A DNA stretch of 34,018 bases from an uncultured Eubacteriales bacterium (GCA_902796565.1 CADBPP010000015.1:1-34018); one strand, 5' to 3'. Counted from the first letter of the stretch, positions 19,199 through 27,410 are shown. Program-made: numbers and translations. The notes: a model not told the origin generated them from the letters alone.

Positions 19199-20812
19199 TC
19201 AGTTGCTGTTCCACGCATCCGAAAGGACTTCCGGATGCAGACTGTAAAATCCTTGCAGATCCTCCATCGCCTTCTCGGAGGATCGGCACCAGCCGCTCCA
19301 GCCTCCGAAGAGCTCATCCCCCGGGACGATCCCGAAGCGGGAATCGTATGTCACCTCCCAGTAACGGAAGCAGCAGGTCCTGAGGCAGTCCATGGCCTGA
19401 GCCTTAATGGCGGGATCCGGGGACCCGGAGAGCTCTATAAGGTACTCCACCCCGCTGTCTCCGAGGCTGTAAAGGTGCCATACGTCTATGTCCGGCAGAC
19501 TGCCGTCGGTATAGCGGGAATAGTCGTAGGAGGCTATGAACCCGTTTACGTCGCCGAAGCTCATGACGAGAAGGGCTAATGAAAAGATGATCAGAGCGCT
19601 CCGCACCACCCTCACCGAGGGCTTTACGAGCCTTAACGCCAGGAGAACGAAGACGATCATCAGGCACGCCATGAAGACGCTGGTGACCACCCTGAGATAG
19701 GTCATTCCCAGCATGTCTATGTAAAGGACCATCTTGGAGAGGGCCGTTACCGCTATCACCATGGTGAAGGCGCAGATGAACAGACACTGGCCGAGGCATA
19801 TTCCCTTCATCCTTTCCTTTCCGAAGAGGGAAGCGCAGCGGAAGACCACGATGAAGTTTATCACCGCTATCCAGCACATCTCGAAGAATCCCCTCCTGGC
19901 GTACTCCGACACCATGTACTCTCCCCGGTATGCCTCGGGAAGGATCCCGGAGAAGGCTGAGAAGAAGTATGCCAGCTGCGAGAAGAGGTATACGATGTAC
20001 ACGCCGCAGATGACCCACAGGAATGAGCGCATAACGGTGCTGTCCGCCTGTTTCGCGGAGGAATGGCTCCTGGCGGGCTCGTTCATCCTCAGACTCCAGC
20101 AGTAGCTCACCACCAGTACCGAGAGCAGAAGGCTCGCCAGCAGCCTGAAAGCGTCCTCCCCTATGTCCACTGAGAAGGAGAGCATGAGACCTTCGAAGGC
20201 GGCGTCCGATGATATCAGAAGGCCGATAAGCACCGCCGCCAGAGGCAGTGAGAGGGCTATGCCCTTGAGGGAACGGAGCCTTTCGGGGTTCATGGAGGGC
20301 CTCGCCTTGGCTATGGAGGAAAACATCCGGCCTATGCCTCCGAAGGCCCCCAGGAAGAATTCGGCGACGCAGGAGGTTATGACGGAAAGATCCGTGTCCT
20401 CCCTCCTCTTCGAGACAAGCCCCGTAAAATATACCAGGGACATGCCGAAGAGCATCGTTATCACTATCAGGTTAAGTTCCGACGTGCTGAACGAAAAGAC
20501 GGCGCTCAGGGCTGCGCATACCCCGCCGCAAAGCAGAGTATAGCCGTCGGGCTTCGTATCGCCCTTTGCCAGATACAGCGTGCATACCGTAAGGGACGCG
20601 ATATAGGCGACGGTGAAGCCGAGGCGCATCCCCGATGAAAATCCCCAGAATACCATCATGGCGCACACGGCAGCCATGGGCAGTATGTACCTAAGGTCCC
20701 TCTCCTCAAGGGCGTAGAGCAGCTTTTCCGCTGCCGGGGAATAAGGGGCATATATGTCCCCGGCGGGAACATACCCTGTATCTTTCTCACTGGAATATGT
20801 ATTGTCACTCAT
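19199..20812 (-). CDS. Polytopic membrane protein of unknown function (resembles DUF4153/DUF4173-type proteins; not confidently placed)
   Basis: 537-aa ORF with about 10 or more hydrophobic helices, and a C-terminal ~110-aa soluble, Cys/Trp-rich region ('DIDVWHLYSLGDSGVEYLIEL...CLRTCCFRYWEV'). Its ATG overlaps the HTH gene stop (ATGAGTGA). Confidence 0.55.
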   Translation of the reverse strand: MSDNTYSSEKDTGYVPAGDIYAPYSPAAEKLLYALEERDLRYILPMAAVCAMMVFWGFSSGMRLGFTVAYIASLTVCTLYLAKGDTKPDGYTLLCGGVCAALSAVFSFSTSELNLIVITMLFGMSLVYFTGLVSKRREDTDLSVITSCVAEFFLGAFGGIGRMFSSIAKARPSMNPERLRSLKGIALSLPLAAVLIGLLISSDAAFEGLMLSFSVDIGEDAFRLLASLLLSVLVVSYCWSLRMNEPARSHSSAKQADSTVMRSFLWVICGVYIVYLFSQLAYFFSAFSGILPEAYRGEYMVSEYARRGFFEMCWIAVINFIVVFRCASLFGKERMKGICLGQCLFICAFTMVIAVTALSKMVLYIDMLGMTYLRVVTSVFMACLMIVFVLLALRLVKPSVRVVRSALIIFSLALLVMSFGDVNGFIASYDYSRYTDGSLPDIDVWHLYSLGDSGVEYLIELSGSPDPAIKAQAMDCLRTCCFRYWEVTYDSRFGIVPGDELFGGWSGWCRSSEKAMEDLQGFYSLHPEVLSDAWNSN

Positions 20813-21032
20813 TTTCTTTCATACCTCCTTCATCGGGCACGTATCTTAAAATATCGCCGGGCTGACAGGACAGGGCCTCGCATACCGCCTCCAGGGTGGA
20901 GAAGCGTATGGCCCGGGCCTTCCCGGTCTTGAGGATGGAAAGATTGGCGGGGGTGATCCCGATCCTCTCCGAGAGCTCCTGGGAGCTCATCTTCCTCACA
21001 GCCAGCATCACATCGAGATTGACTTCTATCAT
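20805..21032 (-). CDS. Small XRE/Cro-CI-family HTH transcriptional regulator (YozG-like)
   Basis: 75 aa from internal ATG 21032: 'MIEVNLDVMLAVRKMSSQELSERIGITPANLSILKTGKARAIRFSTLEAVCEALSCQPGDIL'. This closely follows the YozG-type pattern (...ANLSILKTGKAKAIRFSTLEAIC..L.CQPGDIL). The track's 132-aa N-terminal extension overlaps the upstream gene and is rejected. Confidence 0.85.
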   Translation of the reverse strand: MIEVNLDVMLAVRKMSSQELSERIGITPANLSILKTGKARAIRFSTLEAVCEALSCQPGDILRYVPDEGGMKENE

Positions 21033-21040
21033 GGCGCACC

Positions 21041-21508
21041 TCATATCGTGAGCTCGTTCTCGTCGTTTATGCGCTTGGCGTTGACGAAAACGTCCCTGAT
21101 GACCGACAGTATCACCCCGATGAACAGGGCTGCGGCGCTGACTATGCCCAGGGGCATGTAGCGCACCGATCCGAGGCCGGTTATCACGAATACCGCGAGG
21201 CACAGAAACGAGAGGATCCGAAGATAACGGATGTTCACAGAGGTGAAGATCTCATCCTTTCTGATGTTCACAAGGAGCCTCACCAGGCAGTACAGCGCGG
21301 CGTAGGCCAGGGCGCAGCAGGGATACAGGCACCTGCTGAGGGTCACCCTCAGCCATTCGATGTATTCCGTGTCCACAGCCGCCGGGCGGTAGTGCCCGTA
21401 GTAGGCCTCAAACAGTACCGGGAACCTCACCAGTGTGTATGTGACCGCCAGGAAGATGACGGCGCACAGGGCGAGGGACAGCTTCACAGATCCTTTTTTC
21501 TTTTCCAT
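21041..21508 (-). CDS. DUF2975-like small membrane protein
   Basis: 155 aa from ATG 21508 (GGAGG SD 7 nt upstream). Four hydrophobic helices, 'IFTSVNIRYLRIL', and the C-terminal 'INDENELTI' typical of DUF2975 proteins that pair with YozG-like regulators. Confidence 0.7.
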   Translation of the reverse strand: MEKKKGSVKLSLALCAVIFLAVTYTLVRFPVLFEAYYGHYRPAAVDTEYIEWLRVTLSRCLYPCCALAYAALYCLVRLLVNIRKDEIFTSVNIRYLRILSFLCLAVFVITGLGSVRYMPLGIVSAAALFIGVILSVIRDVFVNAKRINDENELTI

Positions 21509-21563
21509 TTTGTGCCTCCGGGGCTTTCTTTTGTGCCATCTTAACATCTCGATTATCGTTTGT

Positions 21564-21580
21564 CAATAATTTAATTATTG
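21564..21580. promoter_or_regulatory. Palindromic candidate operator in the divergent promoter region
   Basis: CAATAAT-tta-ATTATTG (7-bp perfect arms). It is flanked by related CGATAAT/ATTATCG-type repeats at 21550-21558 and 21586-21592, and lies between the DUF2975 operon and the ATP-grasp gene. Confidence 0.35.
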
Positions 21581-21686
21581 TTTTTCGATAATTAATTGTT
21601 TTTTAACGATACCTATCCCCGGCACTATTGAATCCCGGGGGCTTTTGGGGTATCATTAAAAAAACACTGAAACGGAGAATAAGATT

Positions 21687-22703
21687 ATGGAAGCCGGATA
21701 TATGCTCAGGGTATTCAGACAGGCCAGCGTCAAAAGGCTCTTCGATGTCATAGACCGCTGTCATGAAAAATCGGGAAAGAGCAGGGCATTCATCTTTTTT
21801 GACATGCTCAACTGCGCCGTCCGCTACGGGGCGGGATTCCATGACTACCTCATATTTGCCTACTGGGACATGAACCATGCCCAGAGGAGCACCTATATCA
21901 CGAGGATCAAGAACAAGAAGCTCAATACCATCTGCAACAACGAGGAGCATGACCACATGCTCAGCAACAAGGACGAGTTCTACCGCAACTTCAGGGAATT
22001 CCTCGGAAGGGAATTTCTGGATCTGGAGGAGTGCACCAAGGAGGAGTTCGAGGCTTTCGCCTCCCGTCACGACGTATATTTCGCCAAGCCCAGGGACGGG
22101 GAGTGCGGCCACGGCATAGAAAGACTTAAAAGGGAGGACTTCGAAAGCGTCGACGCGCTGTGGGACTATCTAAAGGCGGGGGATTTCCGTACCGTCGAGG
22201 AAGAACTGAAGCAGCACGAGGACATGAACAGGCTCTATCCCCTGGCGATAAACTCCCTGAGGATAGCCACCCTGGTGGATGACAACAGGGTTCCCCACCT
22301 TCTGTACGCCGTATGCAAGATGGGCAATGAAGGAAAGTTCGTGGACAACATGGAGAACAGCGGACTGTGCTGTCCTCTCGATCCCGAGACCGGGGAGATC
22401 GTGGGAGTGGCCCATACATCCGCGCTTATCAACTATGACACCCATCCCTACACGGGGGTGAAGCTCATAGGCTACAAGGTGCCCTTCGTTAAGGAAGCCA
22501 TCGAGCTGTGTCTGAAGGCGGCGCTGGTGGTGGAGGATATCCGCTACGTGGGATGGGACTGCGCCATCACGCCCAACGGCCCCGCCATCATAGAAGGCAA
22601 CACCTATCCCGGATACGATTTCTGGCAGCTGCCGGAGCATACACCGGACAAGATAGGGCTGCTCCCCGTGATCAAGGAGCTGGTGCCCGAGATGAGGGAC
22701 TGA
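21687..22703 (+). CDS. ATP-grasp family protein (sugar-transfer-associated ATP-grasp type)
   Basis: 338 aa. N-terminal region 'FFDMLNCAVRYGAGFHDYLIFAYWDMNHAQRSTYITRIKN', central 'FAKPRDGECGHGIERL', C-terminal 'VGWDCAITPNGPAIIEGNTYPGYDFWQ'. These resemble my recollection of the ATPgrasp_ST family. GGAGA SD upstream. Confidence 0.6.
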   Translation: MEAGYMLRVFRQASVKRLFDVIDRCHEKSGKSRAFIFFDMLNCAVRYGAGFHDYLIFAYWDMNHAQRSTYITRIKNKKLNTICNNEEHDHMLSNKDEFYRNFREFLGREFLDLEECTKEEFEAFASRHDVYFAKPRDGECGHGIERLKREDFESVDALWDYLKAGDFRTVEEELKQHEDMNRLYPLAINSLRIATLVDDNRVPHLLYAVCKMGNEGKFVDNMENSGLCCPLDPETGEIVGVAHTSALINYDTHPYTGVKLIGYKVPFVKEAIELCLKAALVVEDIRYVGWDCAITPNGPAIIEGNTYPGYDFWQLPEHTPDKIGLLPVIKELVPEMRD

Positions 22704-22726
22704 GAAAAGAATGCTGTGAAAACCAA

Positions 22727-22765
22727 TACGGGGTCTCCCAGGAGGAGGCCCCGTACTTTTTATTT
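22727..22765. terminator. Terminator between convergent ATP-grasp gene and ileS, probably bidirectional
   Basis: Stem TACGGGG (22727-33) / CCCCGTA (22749-55), followed on the plus strand by CTTTTTATTT. The minus-strand flank is only weakly U-rich. Confidence 0.55.
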
Positions 22766-22774
22766 CCCTGTGAT

Positions 22775-25700
22775 TCAGATCCTTTCAGTGAGGATAAATG
22801 CGTCATGGCCGTTCAGGTTGACCTTTTCGCCTGTATTCTCCGCCACGGTGAGCTCCTGGGAGAGGGTCTCGCGGCAGATGTAGTCGCGGAATGCCTCCAC
22901 CGCTCCGATGACGGTATCGTCGCTGGAGATAGTGAGCTTTATACGGTCAGCCACTTCGTAGCCGCTGGCCTTTCTCAGCTGCTGGACCTTGGAAATGATC
23001 TCCCTGGCGTAGCCTTCGTTGATCAGATCCTTCGTCAGCTCCGTATTGAGTATGATGAACAGGTTGTCCTGCATCTGTACGTCGAAGCCTTCCTTGGCAT
23101 TGATCCTGACGTCCAGCATGTCCCTGGTGAGGCTGAGCTTTTCTCCTTCGATCTCCACGCCGACGCTTCCCTCTTCGCCCAGGACCTTCATGAAGGATGC
23201 GGCGTCGGTGTCCGCGAGATACGAGGCAAGGGCCTTAACCCTGGAGCCGAACAGCTTTCCGCACACCTTGAAGTCGGGCTTTATGGTAAAGTTCATATAG
23301 TCGGCGAGATTCTCCTCGAAGCGCACTTCCTTGACGTTGAGCTCTTCCTTTATAAGGTCGGTAAGGTAGCCGATATCGTCCTTGAGGGACGCGTCCGCCA
23401 TGGCGTATGCCAGTGGCTGGCGCACCTTGATCTGGACCTCTTCCCTGGCGCCGCGGCCCAGGGACACCAGGGTCCTTACCGTATTCATCCTGTAGTTGAG
23501 CTTCTCGTTTATCAGAGCCTCATCATAGGCGGGATAGTCCGCAAGATGCACGCTCTCCCATCCTGTGAGGTCGCGGTAGATCTCCTCGGTGATGTAGGGG
23601 GCGAAGGGAGCCGCCAGGCGGCATATGCCCTCCAGGACCCTGTAGGTGGTGAGAAACACCGCCTTCTTGCTGTCGGAGAGGCCGCTCTCCCAGAAACGCC
23701 TGCGGTTGCGCCTGATGTACCAGTTGGAAAGATCCTCGTTGACGAATTCCTGGATGGCCCTGACGGTCTTGGTGGTGTCATACTCATCCATGTACTGGCG
23801 GCAGTTCTTCACCAGCAGGTTGTATTCGCTGATGAGCCAGTCGTCGATCTCCTCCGTATAGGTGAAGCCCTGGGCGTAGGAGGCGGGATCGATCCCGTCT
23901 GTGTTGGCGTAAAGGGCGAAGAATGCGTATACATTTTTGAAGGTCGTGAAGAACTTGCTTATGACCTCCTTTAATCCCTCCTCGTCGAAGCGGGTGGGCG
24001 TCCATGCCGGAGACACGTACAGCAGGTACCATCTGAGGGCGTCCGCTCCGTACTTGTCGAAGAGCTCGAAGGGATCCACCGTATTGCCCCTGGACTTGGA
24101 CATCTTCTGTCCCTTCGCGTCCAGTATCAGGTCGTTGACCAGCACGTTGCGGTAAGGCGCTACGCCCTTGAGGAAGGTGGAGATGCAGATGAGTGAATAG
24201 AACCATCCTCTCGTCTGATCGATGCCCTCGCAGATGAAGTCCGCGGGGAACTGGTCGTTGAACTTGTCCTCGTTCTCGAACGGATAGTGCCACTGGGCGA
24301 AGGGCATGGAGCCCGAATCGAACCAGCAGTCGATGACGTCCTTTATACGGGTCATGACGCCGCCGCACTTCTCGCACCTGATATGCACTTCGTCCACATA
24401 GGGGCGGTGCAGCTCGATGGATTCGTCGATATCCTCGATGGCCAGCTCCGCCAGCTCCTTTCTGGAGCCCACGGCGTGCACGTGGCCGCACTCGCACTTC
24501 CAGATGTTGAGGGGGGTGCCCCAGTAGCGGTTACGGCTGATGGCCCAGTCCTTGACGTTCTCCAGCCAGTTGCCGAAACGCTTCTCACCTACGAAATCGG
24601 GGAACCAGTTGACGGTCTTGTTGGCTGCCACCAGCTCGTCCTTGTACTTCGTGGTGGAGATATACCAGCTGGGCTTGGCGTAGTACAGAAGGGGCGTCTT
24701 GCATCTCCAGCAGTGGGGATAGTTGTGCTCCATCCTCTGCTTCCTGTAGAGCTTGCCGGTCTCCTTGAGGTATTCTATGATCTTCGGATCGGCGTCCATG
24801 ACGAACAGCCCCGCCCAGGGGGTGGCGGTGTACTTGCCCTGTTCGTCCACGGGGTTCATCACCGAAAGGCCGTAGGCGGCTCCCACATTGTAGTCGTCCT
24901 CGCCGAAGGCGGGGGCGATGTGGACGATGCCGGTGCCGTCGGTGGTGGATACGTAGTCCGCGCAGACCACGAAGAAGGCCTTCTTTCCGTCGGAAGGCTC
25001 AACGAAGGGCATGAGCTGCTCGTACTCCGTGTACTCCAGATCCGCTCCCTTCATCTCCTCCAGGACTTCGTACTCCCCTTCCAGAACGGAGGATGCCAGC
25101 TCCTTCGCCAGGATGTATACGTATCCGCCGCTGGCTACCTTTACGTAGGTCACGTCCCTGTTCACCGCCAGGGCCACGTTGGACGCCAGGGTCCAGGGGG
25201 TGGTGGTCCAGGCCAGGAAGTATTCGTCCCGGTCCTTGATCTTGAAACGAACGTAGACCGTATCGGTCTTGATCATCTGATAGCCCTGGGCCACCTCATG
25301 GGAGGCAAGGCCCGTCCCGCATCTGGGACAGTAGGGCAGTATCTTGTGGCCCTCGTACATGTAGCCCTTCTCAAAGAACTGCTTGAGGATCCACCACTCG
25401 GTCTCGATGTAGTTGTTGTCCAGCGTTATGTACGGATCGTCCAGATCGATGAAATACGCCATCCTGCGGGTCATCTCCCTCCAGAGGGCCTCGTATGAGA
25501 ACACGGAATCCTTGCACTGCTCGTTGAACTCCCTGATGCCGTACTTCTCTATGTCCTGCTTGCCGTTCATGCCAAGCTTCTTTTCGACCTCGATCTCCAC
25601 GGGCAGTCCGTGGGTGTCCCATCCGGCCTTTCTCAGGACCCTGCTCCCCAGCATCGTGTGATATTTGTTGACGCTGTCCTTGAGGGTACGGGCGATCACA

Positions 25701-25870
25701 TGATGGATGCCCGGTTTTCCGTTGGCCGTGGGAGGGCCTTCGAAAAAGACAAAGTTGGCGCTGTCCTTTCTGTTTTCTATGGTGCGCTTCAGGATGTCGA
25801 TATCCTCCCAGTAGCGGGCGATCTCCTTCTCCGTTTCGGCAACGCTCTTCTTGCTGAGTTCCTTAAACAT
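22775..25870 (-). CDS. ileS: Isoleucine--tRNA ligase (long, type-2-like form, 1031 aa)
   Basis: 'FFEGPPTANGKPGIHHVIARTLKD' (HIGH region), 'KMSKSRGN', a CP1 editing domain, and Zn-type Cys pairs 'CPRCGT', 'CWRCKT', 'CECGH', 'CEKCGG'. Start moved from 25945 to ATG 25870 ('MFKELSKKSVAETEKEIARYWEDIDILK') with GGAGGAG SD. The 25-aa track extension would read through the T-box terminator. Confidence 0.96.
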   Translation of the reverse strand: MFKELSKKSVAETEKEIARYWEDIDILKRTIENRKDSANFVFFEGPPTANGKPGIHHVIARTLKDSVNKYHTMLGSRVLRKAGWDTHGLPVEIEVEKKLGMNGKQDIEKYGIREFNEQCKDSVFSYEALWREMTRRMAYFIDLDDPYITLDNNYIETEWWILKQFFEKGYMYEGHKILPYCPRCGTGLASHEVAQGYQMIKTDTVYVRFKIKDRDEYFLAWTTTPWTLASNVALAVNRDVTYVKVASGGYVYILAKELASSVLEGEYEVLEEMKGADLEYTEYEQLMPFVEPSDGKKAFFVVCADYVSTTDGTGIVHIAPAFGEDDYNVGAAYGLSVMNPVDEQGKYTATPWAGLFVMDADPKIIEYLKETGKLYRKQRMEHNYPHCWRCKTPLLYYAKPSWYISTTKYKDELVAANKTVNWFPDFVGEKRFGNWLENVKDWAISRNRYWGTPLNIWKCECGHVHAVGSRKELAELAIEDIDESIELHRPYVDEVHIRCEKCGGVMTRIKDVIDCWFDSGSMPFAQWHYPFENEDKFNDQFPADFICEGIDQTRGWFYSLICISTFLKGVAPYRNVLVNDLILDAKGQKMSKSRGNTVDPFELFDKYGADALRWYLLYVSPAWTPTRFDEEGLKEVISKFFTTFKNVYAFFALYANTDGIDPASYAQGFTYTEEIDDWLISEYNLLVKNCRQYMDEYDTTKTVRAIQEFVNEDLSNWYIRRNRRRFWESGLSDSKKAVFLTTYRVLEGICRLAAPFAPYITEEIYRDLTGWESVHLADYPAYDEALINEKLNYRMNTVRTLVSLGRGAREEVQIKVRQPLAYAMADASLKDDIGYLTDLIKEELNVKEVRFEENLADYMNFTIKPDFKVCGKLFGSRVKALASYLADTDAASFMKVLGEEGSVGVEIEGEKLSLTRDMLDVRINAKEGFDVQMQDNLFIILNTELTKDLINEGYAREIISKVQQLRKASGYEVADRIKLTISSDDTVIGAVEAFRDYICRETLSQELTVAENTGEKVNLNGHDAFILTERI

Positions 25871-25879
25871 TTTCTCCTC

Positions 25880-26112
25880 CGTCAAAAAAATAAAAGTCCT
25901 GTGTGAACAGGACGGATATATCCGCGGTACCACCCGTTTTGGCATATCTCTATGCCCTCTTTAAGTGCCTTAACGCGGCGTACGGGACGGCTTACTGGTT
26001 TTCTGCCGTCCGGCTCCGAAGTGATATTCACCCGCTTTGGGTCATCCGTTCACACCGACCACGGACTCTCTCGGACCTTCCCCGGACTACTCCTCTTCAT
26101 CACGGCTTTTGT
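25880..26112 (-). promoter_or_regulatory. T-box leader (tRNA-Ile sensing transcription attenuator) of ileS
   Basis: The minus strand contains the conserved T-box sequence GGGTGGTACCGCGG (25921-25934). A terminator follows: GTCCTGT-tcac-ACAGGAC (25896-25913) plus TTTTATTTTTTT. Stem-I elements are present ('AGAGAGTCCGTGGTCGGTGTGAACGG'), with a candidate specifier loop 'GGTGAATATCAC' carrying AUC (Ile) at 26022-26024. Confidence 0.88.
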
Positions 26113-26117
26113 TAAGC

Positions 26118-26146
26118 TATTGTACATTATGCACCCATTAAAGTCA
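26118..26146 (-). promoter_or_regulatory. Sigma-A-type promoter driving the ileS T-box leader
   Basis: The minus strand reads TTGACT (26141-46), a 17-nt spacer, TACAAT (26118-23). Confidence 0.6.
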
Positions 26147-26231
26147 ATGTATTTTGGGCTTTTCCGATTGTATGGAAAGCTGTGTGATGATATACTCTAT
26201 ACGGAAAAAGTTCCGATCAAGGAGACAGGAA

Positions 26232-27170
26232 ATGGAAAAGGCAACAAACAGGAAATTCGACTGGGTATCCAACGCCCTCATGGGGGCGCTGATGGTCCTT
26301 ACGGGCATCATGATAGTATTCTTCCCAAAGGCGGCCATGAGCATGATACTTATAATGGCGGCCATCGTTTTCTTCGTGACGGGATTCACCGACATGATCG
26401 CCGCGATACGCTACAGGAACGATTCCAAAGGCTGGCAGACAACCCTGTCCTCGGGAATAGTCACTCTCCTGGTGGGAGTGTTCATGGGCTTCACCATCTA
26501 CATGCCCGTCACCCCGATGACCACGGTCATAGTCCTCTGTGTATGGGCGGTGCTCAGATGCCTGCTCACACTGGTGGGCGTCATCATGGGCAAAGTCAGG
26601 AGAAGCGGCACCATCATATCCTCCTGTGTCCTGGGACTCAGCGGCATACTTGTGTTCATCTTCAGGGACGTCCTTGCGGCTTCCACCCTCATCATAGGCT
26701 ACGTGCTTATCGGCGTCGGGGCCGTGCTGATGATCGTGGGCTTCTACAGGAGGGCTGCCGTCAATGAAAAGACGGAGGCCATCGTGCAGAAGGAAAGAGA
26801 AGAGAAAAAGCACGAGAGAGAGGAAAAGCTCGTAGGCGCCATAAATGACAAGGCCCGTCTCAGGGGCCTCGCGGAGGGATACGATACTTTGACCGGCGAA
26901 GAGACCGGCATCGAAGAGGATCAGGCGGACGCACCGCAGGAGGAGGACACATCCTCAGAGGAGCGGGAAGCTTCCGATGAAGCTAATGTCCCCGCGGAGG
27001 AGGAAGCGCCAGGGGAACCTTCACAGGAACGCGCTGACAGTTCCGAAGAGAGCCCCGCAGCTGAAGAGAGCGCGGAGGAAGAGGCTGCCGCAGCGGAGAG
27101 CGCACCTGAGCAGGAAGAAGAACAGCCTGAGGAAAAGAAGGGACTCAGGGGTTTCTTCAGCCGTTTCTGA
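26232..27170 (+). CDS. HdeD/DUF308-like membrane protein with long acidic C-terminal tail
   Basis: Start at ATG 26232 (AAGGAGA SD at 26218-26224). About 175 aa of repeated TM hairpins with the DUF308 pattern ('WVSNALMGALMVLTGIMIVFFP', 'WQTTLSSGIVTLLVGVFMGFTIYMP'). Then about 135 aa of E/A/S/P-rich sequence ending 'KKGLRGFFSRF'. The track start (26154) would overlap the ileS promoter. Confidence 0.7.
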   Translation: MEKATNRKFDWVSNALMGALMVLTGIMIVFFPKAAMSMILIMAAIVFFVTGFTDMIAAIRYRNDSKGWQTTLSSGIVTLLVGVFMGFTIYMPVTPMTTVIVLCVWAVLRCLLTLVGVIMGKVRRSGTIISSCVLGLSGILVFIFRDVLAASTLIIGYVLIGVGAVLMIVGFYRRAAVNEKTEAIVQKEREEKKHEREEKLVGAINDKARLRGLAEGYDTLTGEETGIEEDQADAPQEEDTSSEEREASDEANVPAEEEAPGEPSQERADSSEESPAAEESAEEEAAAAESAPEQEEEQPEEKKGLRGFFSRF

Positions 27171-27181
27171 CACGTATTTCG

Positions 27182-27206
27182 GGCTGCCGTGCCGGCAGCC
27201 TTTTTT
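27182..27206 (+). terminator. Intrinsic terminator of the HdeD-like gene
   Basis: GGCTGCCG-tgc-CGGCAGCC followed by TTTTTT, starting 12 nt after the stop. Confidence 0.85.
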
Positions 27207-27410
27207 AATAAGGAGAGCTGCCTTTTTTTCAACACCGGGGTGTTGATAACAGCTCCGGAAGGCGTTCCTCACAAAAGGGCTTGAGAGCGCGACTTTTGTT
27301 TTTGCCCCCTTTTGGCGCCATTGCGGCACGCTGTTCGAAGGATGGCTCAAAAAACCGTTTACTGAGCAGTTTTATATCGAAAACTGCCCTTTAGCGGTCA
27401 GAAACGGGCA

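Noticed and set aside
21603-22112. 169-aa minus-strand ORF overlapping the divergent promoter region and the ATP-grasp gene.
   Set aside because: It is antisense to an ORF with recognisable ATP-grasp motifs. It has no SD and a low-complexity composition.
25871-25945. N-terminal extensions suggested by the ORF track: ileS +25 aa, HTH +57 aa (21033-21203), DUF2975 +13 aa, pgcA +15 aa, HdeD-like +26 aa (26154-26231), gyrB +7 aa from TTG.
   Set aside because: The extensions run through a T-box terminator, a promoter or the upstream gene, and lack SD sequences. The internal ATGs have good SDs and restore the canonical family N-termini.
27325-27345. tRNA-like T-loop motif (GTTCGAAGG) in the intergenic region.
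   Set aside because: No flanking T-stem, acceptor stem or anticodon arm can be drawn around it. It is an isolated chance match.
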